Of a stretch of DNA of 64,000 bases, positions 27,698 to 35,874 are shown piece by piece (the stretch's first letter is position 1; the number at the start of each line of letters is the position of its first letter). The stretch comes from an uncultured virus (IMG/VR IMGVR_UViG_2863298641_000001). Taxonomy: Duplodnaviria > Heunggongvirae > Uroviricota > Caudoviricetes. The notes under the pieces were generated by a model. It searched no databases and had not been told where the DNA came from. It saw nothing but the letters and a program-made list of their open reading frames with translations. Location: IMG/VR virus record IMGVR_UViG_2863298641_000001. One strand, written 5' to 3'. The position numbers and the translations under genes are program-made.

Positions 27698-28553
27698 CTC
27701 CGGCCCCCTCACTCCGGGCCTGCCGCCACAACATGAACTCCAGGATGCTTTTTGCCTTCTTGGAGGAGTTGCAGGATTGGCACGCCCGCGCCAGGTTCGT
27801 CCATCGATCGCTGCCGCCGACGTGTACGGCTTCGATGTGGTCAACAGAGGTAGAAAGGGCTCCGCAGTAGGCGCAAGGGTCGTTCGCTATCAGTTCCCGA
27901 TACTCAAGAGCCTCGGAGATCTCGTCGCGCGTCATTCCTGCAGCCACCTGCTCGCGGCGACGCGACTGATAGCCGGCAATGCGCGCCCGGTTCTTCTCCC
28001 GCCACACGTCGTCGTAGTGCTGACGACAGACACCATGAGCGTAGTACTGCCTGTCGCAGCCCTCTTTGCTGCACGACCGGCGGTCCCCCTTGGACAGCCC
28101 TTCAGTCCCGTGGGCCATGAGTCTGCGGTAGTGCTTGTTGCACAGGCCCCGCGCGACCGCTTCTGTTACGCACTGCTCTACCGCGCACGGGGAGGGCCTG
28201 TGCATGAGCGGCTCGGTCGAACCGTGGGCTCGCATTCTCCGGTAGTGCCGATCACAGAGCCCCAGGGATACCGCCTTGAGGTCGCAGTCTGGCGCGTAGC
28301 ACCAGCGCTCCCCGCGCACTTTCTGCACGACGTTCGGGTCTCCGTTGACCCTCCAGCGCCGATAGTGCATCGGACACATACCGCGTGAGAGGTGAGGCTT
28401 GTCGCAGCCACCCACTTCGCATACGGACCGATACTGCGCAACCGGGTCCGTATGTCCGTTCCGTCGCCAGCGCGAGTAGTGCATCTTGCAGTAGGGCTGT
28501 CGGCCGTGACGCGTGCGCTCGCAGTCGGCCACGCCGCATGTACCGTTGTTCAC
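27660..28553 (-). CDS. HNH endonuclease with five tandem CxxxxC...CxxH zinc-finger repeats
   Basis: CAYCG...VDHI...GG...WTNLARACQSCNSSK, preceded by five repeats of C-x4-C-x9/10-C-x2-HY. Confidence 0.9.
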   Translation of the reverse strand: MNNGTCGVADCERTRHGRQPYCKMHYSRWRRNGHTDPVAQYRSVCEVGGCDKPHLSRGMCPMHYRRWRVNGDPNVVQKVRGERWCYAPDCDLKAVSLGLCDRHYRRMRAHGSTEPLMHRPSPCAVEQCVTEAVARGLCNKHYRRLMAHGTEGLSKGDRRSCSKEGCDRQYYAHGVCRQHYDDVWREKNRARIAGYQSRRREQVAAGMTRDEISEALEYRELIANDPCAYCGALSTSVDHIEAVHVGGSDRWTNLARACQSCNSSKKAKSILEFMLWRQARSEGAGDAGGPRWTPSPI

Positions 28554-28613
28554 GTCGACCTCTCACCAGGTTGACCATGCCCCGGGACGGTTGCCGCCGT
28601 AGCCGGGGTCTCC

Positions 28614-29201
28614 CTAATCGAAGACGCTGTCCTCGTCGTCCTCATTCCCCTCCGGCGGTGTCAACCGACCGCGCGCCGACGGGCTCAGGCCCAGCTCCCC
28701 AATGTACGCCTTCAGTTGGGTCCGGTACTGCGACGCGATCGTCGTCAGCGGGTTCCGGCACGGACCGCGCTGCCCCATCGTCACCAGGCCCTCGATGGAC
28801 AGCTGCCGCTCGCACCACTCCAGCCGGGCCACGCACACGCAGTAGTCCACGGCCGTCGACCGGTCCACCGACGTCAGCCCAGCCATCATCTGCAGCACCG
28901 GCACGACCCGAGCCCACTCGCGCGAGGCAACCTCGCGGCCGAACTGAGCGGCCTCCTGGGCGAGCTTCAGCCGCTGCCAGACCTGGACCTCGCGCCGGTA
29001 CTCCTTCAGCTCCTCGTCATCCGCGCCCCGCGGCGCCCGCGGCTTGGCAGGCAGCCGTGAGGCAGGGAAGAACGACGACCAGTCCGGCTCGACCAGCTCG
29101 GCCGGCGGGAGCTTGACGCCCTCGCGGACCGGCCGCTTGCCCGGGTTGCCCTCGCGGACGACCTGCAAGGCCGGCTTCGGCTTGCGGCCAGGCACAGCCA
29201 T
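28614..29201 (-). CDS. terS: Terminase small subunit (P27 family)
   Basis: GRKPKP...EGNPGKRP...REW.RV...D...YC...NP...ELGLSPSARGRL. Confidence 0.92.
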   Translation of the reverse strand: MAVPGRKPKPALQVVREGNPGKRPVREGVKLPPAELVEPDWSSFFPASRLPAKPRAPRGADDEELKEYRREVQVWQRLKLAQEAAQFGREVASREWARVVPVLQMMAGLTSVDRSTAVDYCVCVARLEWCERQLSIEGLVTMGQRGPCRNPLTTIASQYRTQLKAYIGELGLSPSARGRLTPPEGNEDDEDSVFD

Positions 29202-29328
29202 GCAAGATCACCCCCGATCAGAAGGCTCTGAACTGCGGCGTCACGAATTTCCCTCCCCGGCGGTCCCCCGTGCGCGCACGCGCGGGTGCGCCCCCACCCG
29301 GGTGCGCGCGCGAGGATTCAAACGGAGA

Positions 29329-29514
29329 TCATTCGCCTCGCGTTTTCCGCGTCCGGGCGGCCTTCTTCGCCATCCGGGATCGATCTTCGTGCGTCTTCCC
29401 CGCGTTGGCGATCTTGGCGGCGCGGGTCTTGCCCATGCGGGCCTTCAGGGCCTCGTACACCCTGCCGCGGCCGGCCACGATGCCTCGGATGCGTCCGCCC
29501 TTGCCCTTCGGCAT
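29329..29514 (-). CDS. Small highly basic protein
   Basis: YEALKARMGKTRAAKIANA motif, GAGG RBS. Confidence 0.65.
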   Translation of the reverse strand: MPKGKGGRIRGIVAGRGRVYEALKARMGKTRAAKIANAGKTHEDRSRMAKKAARTRKTRGE

Positions 29515-29519
29515 GCTGA

Positions 29520-29894
29520 TCACCTCGCCCGTCGTGTGGCCTGCTGCTCGGCGTGCCAGCCTCCGCGCTGCTCAGGCGTGGCGGCGGTCTCTGTGCTGTG
29601 GCAGGGCTTGCACAGGCCGCGGCCGTGCTGCGGATCGTCGGCGTCGAGACCCTCGCGCTCCAGCTGCTGCCTGGACTTGGGCCAGTGGTCGGCCTCGGTG
29701 GCTGGCGCTCGCCGGCAGACGACGCAGACGGGATCGCGGTCGAGTACGCCGCGCCTGAACCGGTCCTCGTGCCGTTGGCCGTAGCCGCGCTGTCGTGCGC
29801 TGCCGCGTGGCCTGTTGTCCCGTCCGTGTATCGGGCAGGGCTTGGTCTGGTCACAGCCTGGCTTGCTGCATGGAGGCTTGAGCCGAGAGGGCAT
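29520..29894 (-). CDS. Packaging-associated HNH endonuclease (gp74-like)
   Basis: RQRGYG...VLDRDPVCVVC...ATEADH...LCKPCHS, located upstream of terS. Confidence 0.88.
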   Translation of the reverse strand: MPSRLKPPCSKPGCDQTKPCPIHGRDNRPRGSARQRGYGQRHEDRFRRGVLDRDPVCVVCRRAPATEADHWPKSRQQLEREGLDADDPQHGRGLCKPCHSTETAATPEQRGGWHAEQQATRRAR

Positions 29895-30144
29895 CGCTAC
29901 CTCCTGCCGTGCACTAGCCTGCCGTCTCCAGGAACCAGGGGGGTTCCAGAAGCGAGGGGGCTTTGATGGCCAGTGGGTGCCGTGACTGTGGGACGTGTAC
30001 GAAGCCGGGGCTGGCGAGGCTGCTGCAGAACTGGAGCGCAGGCTTCCTGCACCTCTGCTCGTGCGGGATCAGCCTCGCTATCAAGCGGGGCGCGATGCGG
30101 CACTGCCCGCAGTGCAAGCATCTGCTGTCCAACCACCAGCGCCG

Positions 30145-30408
30145 TCAGGACGGGTCCTTCAGGGACTGACGGTCCGCGACCTCGTAGTTGACCATCGGCT
30201 GGTTCGCCGGGATCTCGACGGTGTCCTCGAAGATCAGGACGGCGCGCGCACCGAGCTGGTCACGCAGGTTCTGCTGCAACCCCTGGTGAAGCAGGCCCGT
30301 CTCGTCGACGAGCGAAGAACCGGCCTGGTCGATGATGAGCGCGAACGGCGTGATCATATCGTCGCCGTGATGTTCGGTGGGCAGTTCGAGGATCTGGATA
30401 CGGGCCAT
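30145..30408 (-). CDS. Hypothetical protein
   Basis: GAGGA RBS. MARIQILELP...PFALIIDQ...GARAVLIFEDTVEIP. Confidence 0.75.
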   Translation of the reverse strand: MARIQILELPTEHHGDDMITPFALIIDQAGSSLVDETGLLHQGLQQNLRDQLGARAVLIFEDTVEIPANQPMVNYEVADRQSLKDPS

Positions 30409-30438
30409 TGCGGGTTCCTCTTGGCGGGCTGGGAAGGC

Positions 30439-30771
30439 TCAGACGTGCACGGCCTGGATGGTGACCTCGGCGTTGCTGACGTCGAAGGCGAGCACGCTGC
30501 CGTAGTCGTTGGGACTGAACGGGCCGAAGACCTGCGTCTCTCCGGCCGGAATGGATTCCTGCCGGGTGGGGTTGGTGAGGCCGTCGACGGAGTGCGACGT
30601 CTGGAACGTGATCGTTCTCGCGGTGCTGGCCCCGTTGGTGTTCTTGACGATGAGGATGACGCGGCCGTCGTTGGCGATCTGGTTGCCGTTGGTGGCGTCG
30701 CCGGCGGTGGCTGCGGGCAGCGTGGTGCCGGCTCGGGACGCCTGGATGGCGGTGAGGCTGGTGCGGGGCAT
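30439..30771 (-). CDS. Putative virion structural protein
   Basis: Beta-rich, ILIVKNT...SIPAGETQVFGPF, GAGGAG RBS. Confidence 0.7.
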   Translation of the reverse strand: MPRTSLTAIQASRAGTTLPAATAGDATNGNQIANDGRVILIVKNTNGASTARTITFQTSHSVDGLTNPTRQESIPAGETQVFGPFSPNDYGSVLAFDVSNAEVTIQAVHV

Positions 30772-30785
30772 GACGGTCTCCTCGG

Positions 30786-32027
30786 TCAGCTGGCGCCGAG
30801 CCACACGTTGTTGGCGTCGGGGGTGTAGCCGGACAGGGTGATGCTGGTGGGCAGTGACGTCTGCCCGGCGGCGGAGCGACAGAAGCGGTAGCTGCCGGCC
30901 GAGAGGTTGGCGTTGCCGGGGGTGAAGGTTGCGCCCAGCGTGGAGCCGGCGGCGAACGTCGGGCTGGTGGTGCCGTTGAAGAGCAGGGCCAGGTAGTACT
31001 TGCCGGCCGCCGCCGAGTACGAGGACGTGAGGCTCATCGCCTTGTTGCCGGCGCTGGTCCACGTTGTCGACATGTCGGCTGTCACACCGCGGCGTGTGCC
31101 GGTCGTGTCGTACAGGCCGGCGAGGCACTGGTTCGCGGTGAGCGTGGCCCCGGCGGTACCGATGACCGCGTTCACCTTGGCGATGGTGGCAGCCTGCCGC
31201 AGCACGATCTCGATCAGGTAGATGAAGCCGGCCGACAGCGTGGTGCCGGTGGTGGAGCAGCAGGCCGGGTCGAAGCTCCAGGCAATCAGCCCTTGGTCGG
31301 CGGGTGTCCAGACGTTGCCGTAGGCGGCGACTGTCGTGTACGTGGCGGACAGGTCGGGGATCTGCGCGGCCGGGATCTTCGTGGTGGCGTCGAGGCTGGC
31401 AACCCCGTTTGCAGCGGCGCGCTGGGCCGCGGTCAGGTAGGTGGCGCTGAGGTCGGGGATCTGCGCCGAGGGCACTTTGGTGGTGCCGTCCAGCGATGCG
31501 ACTCCGTTGGCGGCGGCCCGCGCGGTCGCGAGGAGATATCGGCCATCGCCGGTGGTCTGCGTGAGGGCGCCGATCGCCGCGGGGGTGACGGGGTCGCTGC
31601 CGCCGGAGGCGTGGCTCGCGGCGTGCGCGGTCGGTGTCCGCGCATCGGTGAACCGCGAGTCGTTTCCGGCGGCGACCGTGGCCGCACCGGTGCCGACGTT
31701 CAGCACTGCGGCGCCGCCGAGCCCCAGGTTCGTCCGCGCGGTGCCGGGGTTGACGAGGTCGCTGAGGTTGGCCGTCTTGGCGAGGGCGTAGGCGCGGTCT
31801 CCGTGCGGGTCGGTGGCGGCCGTGTGCGTCGCTACGGCGGCGGAGGCGGCGCCCGCGGCGTCGGCTCCGACATCGGCCGCGCCAAGGAGGACGGCACCGG
31901 TCTGCCCGTTGACCGAGGTGACGCCGCCGGTCGAGATCGTGGTGTCGACCTCGATGACCGTAGCTGGCTGTCCACCGGCGACGTTGATCGCGTCCGGGGC
32001 ATCCTCGCCCGTGACCTGGATCCTCAC
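30786..32027 (-). CDS. Tail/head fibre-like protein with tandem repeats
   Basis: VTSVNGQTGAV, NLSDL..ARTNLGLG, and two 33-aa AAANGVASLD.TTK.P.AQIPDLSATY repeats. Confidence 0.8.
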   Translation of the reverse strand: MRIQVTGEDAPDAINVAGGQPATVIEVDTTISTGGVTSVNGQTGAVLLGAADVGADAAGAASAAVATHTAATDPHGDRAYALAKTANLSDLVNPGTARTNLGLGGAAVLNVGTGAATVAAGNDSRFTDARTPTAHAASHASGGSDPVTPAAIGALTQTTGDGRYLLATARAAANGVASLDGTTKVPSAQIPDLSATYLTAAQRAAANGVASLDATTKIPAAQIPDLSATYTTVAAYGNVWTPADQGLIAWSFDPACCSTTGTTLSAGFIYLIEIVLRQAATIAKVNAVIGTAGATLTANQCLAGLYDTTGTRRGVTADMSTTWTSAGNKAMSLTSSYSAAAGKYYLALLFNGTTSPTFAAGSTLGATFTPGNANLSAGSYRFCRSAAGQTSLPTSITLSGYTPDANNVWLGAS

Positions 32028-33136
32028 CGGGTCACCTCCGGCGATATGACGGCCCGGCCCTGAAGGATCCGCACCACCGTGCTGCCGTTGACCATCTCCA
32101 AGTCCCACACGCCGTTGCGGGTGAGCGCCTCAGTCTGTGCGGCGGGGATCGCAAGCCGCACGGCCGGACCGAGGACCGTCAGGTAGGGGGTGAGGTTGAG
32201 GAGGAGATCGCCGTCATCCGCGGGCGCGGAGCGGATCTGGGAGCGCGCCGACCAGCCGTCCCACGTCCAGTCAGCCGGCTCGGACACGGTGAACAGTTGC
32301 ATGAACGTGCTGCCCTGCTCGATGCGGAGGTCCCAGCGTCCGGCTGACATCTCGGCCACCTCCGGGATCGGGGAGCTCGCAGCGTCGGCCATGAGCGACG
32401 ATTCGGCGGCCAGAGCGGCGGTCGCACGGGTGGAGAGCACCGGGGTCGCGGTCAGCGTGCTGTCGGCCGTCAGAGCGCTGTCAGCGTGCGCGGACAGCTT
32501 CACGGCCGCGGCCAGCGTGGTCGCCGCGGTCAAGGCCGCCGCGCCCGTCCAGACTGCGCCGTCGCTCAAGGTGTTGACGTTGTCGTAGGCGGCGTAGTCG
32601 GTGGTGCCGGCGTCACGGTGGGCCCACAGGTCGAGGCGGCACTGGTCGACGGCGTCGACGACCCAGGCGGGCGTCGCGGCCGAGCGACGGTTGGTCCACG
32701 TCGTACCGTCGGGGCTGGTGTCCCAGTAGACGGTGCCGGCGCTCTCGCGGAGCCGCAGCCAGCGATGCGTCGTCGAGTTGTAGGCGATCTCAACGGCGTT
32801 GTCGTCCCAGAAGCCCGTGTTCGACTCGATGCGGAGCATCCCGCTGACGGCGTTGTAGTGGAAGCCGATCGAGGTTCCGGGCGTGGGTGAGGTGACGTGC
32901 ATGTTGCAGCTAACGTCGCTGCCGCCACTCGCCGCGGGGACGGCCGCGAGCTTGAGGAAGACGGTCGCTCCGGCGAACGTCCAGCTGGCGCCGGTTTGGT
33001 AGCTGGCGAACCCTCCGGCGACGACGGGCACGCGGGCTTGGCCGCCGGTCTCGTTGGCGCCGCCGTAGGAGTCACCCCAGTCCGGGCCGATGACACCGTC
33101 GTTGAAATTATCCGTCAGCGTGGACAGGGACGGCAC
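32024..33136 (-). CDS. Virion protein: lectin/ConA-like N-terminus and BppU-like C-terminus
   Basis: DNFND...WLRLRESAGTVYWDTSPDG..W, then IEQGSTF...QIR...WDLEM...ILQG. Confidence 0.75.
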   Translation of the reverse strand: MPSLSTLTDNFNDGVIGPDWGDSYGGANETGGQARVPVVAGGFASYQTGASWTFAGATVFLKLAAVPAASGGSDVSCNMHVTSPTPGTSIGFHYNAVSGMLRIESNTGFWDDNAVEIAYNSTTHRWLRLRESAGTVYWDTSPDGTTWTNRRSAATPAWVVDAVDQCRLDLWAHRDAGTTDYAAYDNVNTLSDGAVWTGAAALTAATTLAAAVKLSAHADSALTADSTLTATPVLSTRATAALAAESSLMADAASSPIPEVAEMSAGRWDLRIEQGSTFMQLFTVSEPADWTWDGWSARSQIRSAPADDGDLLLNLTPYLTVLGPAVRLAIPAAQTEALTRNGVWDLEMVNGSTVVRILQGRAVISPEVTR

Positions 33137-33146
33137 GGGCGCCTCC

Positions 33147-33530
33147 CTACGCGAGCGAGAACGTCAAAGCCCCGGCGACCAGCCTCATCTCGTCACCGGC
33201 GGCGACGGTGCGGGAGACGGTGAGCGGCCCGTACCAGAGCCGCACTGGAGTGCCGGCCGAGTCCCACACCTCGACGCCGACGACGGTCGATGACGGCATG
33301 TTCGTCCACACCAGGTCGGCGCTGTTCGAGGTGGCCCCAGAGACGGCGGCGCCGACGGACAGGGTCTGCCGGGCGTAGCCGCCGCCGGTCACCTCGGTGC
33401 CCGCCGTCGCATCGTCGCCGGCCGCGGTCACCAAGGCCACCTTGAGCGGGGTGGTGGGGGCGGTCGGGCTGCCGCCGAGGATCCAGTCCAGGGCCCTGTT
33501 CTCTGCCGTATTGGTCAGGTTGTCGGCCAC
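33147..33530 (-). CDS. Phage fibre-associated structural protein
   Basis: ENRALDW...VALVTA....TEVTGGGYARQ...VWDSA motif typical of small virion proteins. Confidence 0.8.
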   Translation of the reverse strand: MADNLTNTAENRALDWILGGSPTAPTTPLKVALVTAAGDDATAGTEVTGGGYARQTLSVGAAVSGATSNSADLVWTNMPSSTVVGVEVWDSAGTPVRLWYGPLTVSRTVAAGDEMRLVAGALTFSLA

Positions 33531-33610
33531 GCGCGGCCTCCTTCAGCTGGGCGCCGCGTGGCGCACGGTGGAGCCCCGCCGCCCGGGACGGAGTACGGAC
33601 GGCGGGACGA

Positions 33611-33841
33611 TCAGGCGGCGCGCGGCCGGCCGGGCTTCACCTTGGCGGCCTCGGCGATGGTGGGGAGGTGGTAGAGCGGGCGGTCGTCGTCGAGTCGAAC
33701 CCGCTCGATCTTGCCTCTGCTCTCCCAGACGCGGATGGTGCCGGGCTTCACGCCAGCCACGCGGGCGGCCTCCCAGAGGTCACCGAGGTCGCGTTGGTAG
33801 AGGTCGTACAGCTCGGGGTTGGGGAAGGTCGGCACGACCAC
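33611..33841 (-). CDS. MerR-like HTH protein (candidate late regulator)
   Basis: EAARVAGVKPGTIRVWESRGKI...PLY. Confidence 0.8.
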   Translation of the reverse strand: MVVPTFPNPELYDLYQRDLGDLWEAARVAGVKPGTIRVWESRGKIERVRLDDDRPLYHLPTIAEAAKVKPGRPRAA

Positions 33842-33855
33842 CTCCCCGGTACGAG

Positions 33856-33890
33856 CGAACCCCCGCCGGTGCGTTCACGGCGGGGGTTCG
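33856..33890 (-). terminator. Stem-loop in the late leader
   Basis: cgaacccccgccg...cggcgggggttcg, 13-bp arms. Confidence 0.7.
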
Positions 33891-33928
33891 GGTGGCCCTT
33901 GTGATGGGTGTTCCACCATCAATTCCGG

Positions 33929-33957
33929 AGGTTACAGTTTGAGCGATCAACTAGCAA
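33929..33957 (-). promoter_or_regulatory. Putative late promoter TTGCTA-N17-TAACCT
   Basis: Sigma70/HrdB-like spacing in an AT-rich gap upstream of the whole structural operon. Confidence 0.55.
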
Positions 33958-33963
33958 GCGTGA

Positions 33964-34527
33964 CTACGCGTCGTCCGCTGCGAACCAGTTCTGTCCATCG
34001 GGAACCAGCGACTGCGTCCACGCGGGCGCTCCGTAGGAATTGCGGAGTCCGACGATGTGAGACTGCAGCGTAGGACCGGGATGAAAGTACTCGCCGCTGG
34101 CCCGCAGTTCGGCGAACTGGCGGTGCCGTTTGGTCTCGGTCTCCTGGCCGCCGGGCTCCAGGGCGAGGACCTCGTTAGGCCTGATGGTCGTGAACCGCTG
34201 TGCCAGGTCTGCCGTGTATCCGATCTTGATGAGGTGACCGCAGCGGACGTAGTAGACCTTCCAGGCGTCCCGCACGGCGAGGACCCGGGCCCGCAGTTGC
34301 TCGTCCCTGCCCTCTCCTTCGACCTGATCCTCTTCGTACTTGCGACGGCCGAGCTGGGTCGCGATCTCGACGGCCCTGTCGTCGATCTCTACGCCGGAGA
34401 TCTCCATGCGCCGCAGGGTGATGAGGATGTAGGAGCGGGCCGGGTCGTCGTGGGCCACCTTGTCCGAGTGGGGTATGCGGTCGCCTTCGTTCGAGGAGCG
34501 GTCGCCACCGAATGCATTGCGGGCCAT
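33964..34527 (-). CDS. GIY-YIG T5orf172/MUG113-family protein
   Basis: VYYVRCGHLIKIGYTADLAQR...E...HRQF..LR..GEYF. Confidence 0.88.
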   Translation of the reverse strand: MARNAFGGDRSSNEGDRIPHSDKVAHDDPARSYILITLRRMEISGVEIDDRAVEIATQLGRRKYEEDQVEGEGRDEQLRARVLAVRDAWKVYYVRCGHLIKIGYTADLAQRFTTIRPNEVLALEPGGQETETKRHRQFAELRASGEYFHPGPTLQSHIVGLRNSYGAPAWTQSLVPDGQNWFAADDA

Positions 34528-34541
34528 GCGGTCATTCTCCT

Positions 34542-35006
34542 TCAGAGTCCTCGCGCGTCGGCGAGTTCGGCGGCCCGGCCGAGGGCGAGGACGACGGGCC
34601 GCGGGCCGCGCTGGGCATCGTTCCACGACGGCACGGTCTCCCCGCCGAACTCCTGCCGCACGATCTCCAGCAGGAGTGCGCAGGCGTCGTCGGCCTGGTC
34701 CCGGCTGTCGGCCTCGATGCGGATGGCGCCGATGGCGCAGCGCCGGCCGTCCTCCCGGAGCGCCCCGCGCGCCCAGCCGTCGGTCTCGATGCGGACCCGG
34801 GCCCGGTGGAGGAGGGCGGCGAGCGGTGTCCGGTACGGGCTGGGGGCGGCCGGCGGAGGGGTGTCGACGGGCAGGCGGATGACGTCGGCGAGGTCGAGCT
34901 GGGTGGTGGCGATGCGGGCGTCGACGGCGAGGGCCGCGAGCTTCAGCCGCTCGTCGAACGTCAGGGGCCGGGGCGGGCTTGTCGTTGGGGCGGTGATCGT
35001 GGTCAT
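34542..35006 (-). CDS. DUF6197-like protein
   Basis: IETDGWARG...RCAIGAIR...SWND...VV..L.RAA. Confidence 0.7.
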   Translation of the reverse strand: MTTITAPTTSPPRPLTFDERLKLAALAVDARIATTQLDLADVIRLPVDTPPPAAPSPYRTPLAALLHRARVRIETDGWARGALREDGRRCAIGAIRIEADSRDQADDACALLLEIVRQEFGGETVPSWNDAQRGPRPVVLALGRAAELADARGL

Positions 35007-35092
35007 GTGGGTCTGCTCTCTGCGCTGGTGCGTGGATGGGTGGCGGGGCGCCCCTGGGTTGCTGGCAGGCTTCAAGGGGCGCCCCGGCGGGG

Positions 35093-35263
35093 CTAGCCGC
35101 GCTGGCGGCGCATCTCGGCGGCGATCTCGTCGGAGTTGGCTCCCGCAGCGAACGCTCGCTTGATTGCTTCCATCGGGATGCGCGGGTTGGTGAGGCAGTC
35201 CGGGCCGCCGTGGGCGAGGCACTCGCGGGCGGCTTCCTCTACAGCCTTCTGCTTGTCGGGCAC
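35093..35263 (-). CDS. Small hypothetical protein (56 aa, absent from the ORF track)
   Basis: GAAAGGA RBS. VPDKQKAVEEAARECLAHGGPDC...RRQRG. Confidence 0.65.
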   Translation of the reverse strand: MPDKQKAVEEAARECLAHGGPDCLTNPRIPMEAIKRAFAAGANSDEIAAEMRRQRG

Positions 35264-35299
35264 GGGTGTTCCTTTCGTTGGGCTGGCTGGTGGTGGGGT

Positions 35300-35653
35300 C
35301 TATCGGCGGCCGGCCTTGGCGCGGTCGCCCGCGCGGAGCCGGTCAAGGACGCTCTGCGAGCTGGGGCCGGCGACCTGCGGTCCGGGGGTGCCGATCTCAC
35401 GCCGGTCGGGCTTCTTCTCGTAGACGGTGCCTTCCTGGGCGAGGAGGCCTTCCGCGGAGAGATGGCCGGTCATCAGGTTGCCGGTGATCGGGGAGCGCCA
35501 GTCGAAGGTGTGGGCGGCATACAGTTCGGCGTCCTCGTAGGGCGCGACCCTCTGGGCGGTCTTGCGGATCGTGTAGACGGTCGTGCCCTTGCGGATGAAG
35601 CGGTTGAGCTCCTTGGCGCCCTTGCGGGTGGGTTCCCAGCTGCGTCCGGCCAT
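35300..35653 (-). CDS. Hypothetical protein
   Basis: AGGAG RBS and typical codon usage. Confidence 0.75.
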   Translation of the reverse strand: MAGRSWEPTRKGAKELNRFIRKGTTVYTIRKTAQRVAPYEDAELYAAHTFDWRSPITGNLMTGHLSAEGLLAQEGTVYEKKPDRREIGTPGPQVAGPSSQSVLDRLRAGDRAKAGRR

Positions 35654-35691
35654 GAGTGATCTCCTGTCAGATTTGTGGTGGTTTATACCCG

Positions 35692-35852
35692 CTGATCAGG
35701 TCTGCTCAGCGGGAGTCGTTGCAGGTCAGGGCTGCTCTGGGGTCTGATCAGGGGCTGCTCAGAGCAGTGGGTGAGCAGGTCGTGAGCAGCCGTCTGAGCG
35801 GCTGTGACCTGCGGGTTTGTGGTCTGATCAGGGCTGAGCAGGCCCTGATCAG
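35692..35852. repeat. clt-like array of ~12 8-bp repeats (CTGATCAG / CTGAGCAG / CTGCTCAG family)
   Basis: CTGATCAG at 35692, 35744, 35824, 35845. Variants at 35702, 35732, 35755, 35760, 35771, 35782, 35794, 35834. Lies immediately downstream of the TraB-like gene. Confidence 0.75.
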
Positions 35853-35874
35853 GGGTGCATACTTCGCGTAACGG

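Noticed and set aside
29897..30136. ORFs 29897-30136 and 29914-30132
   Set aside because: No clear RBS, atypical codon usage, and competing frames, so none can be supported.
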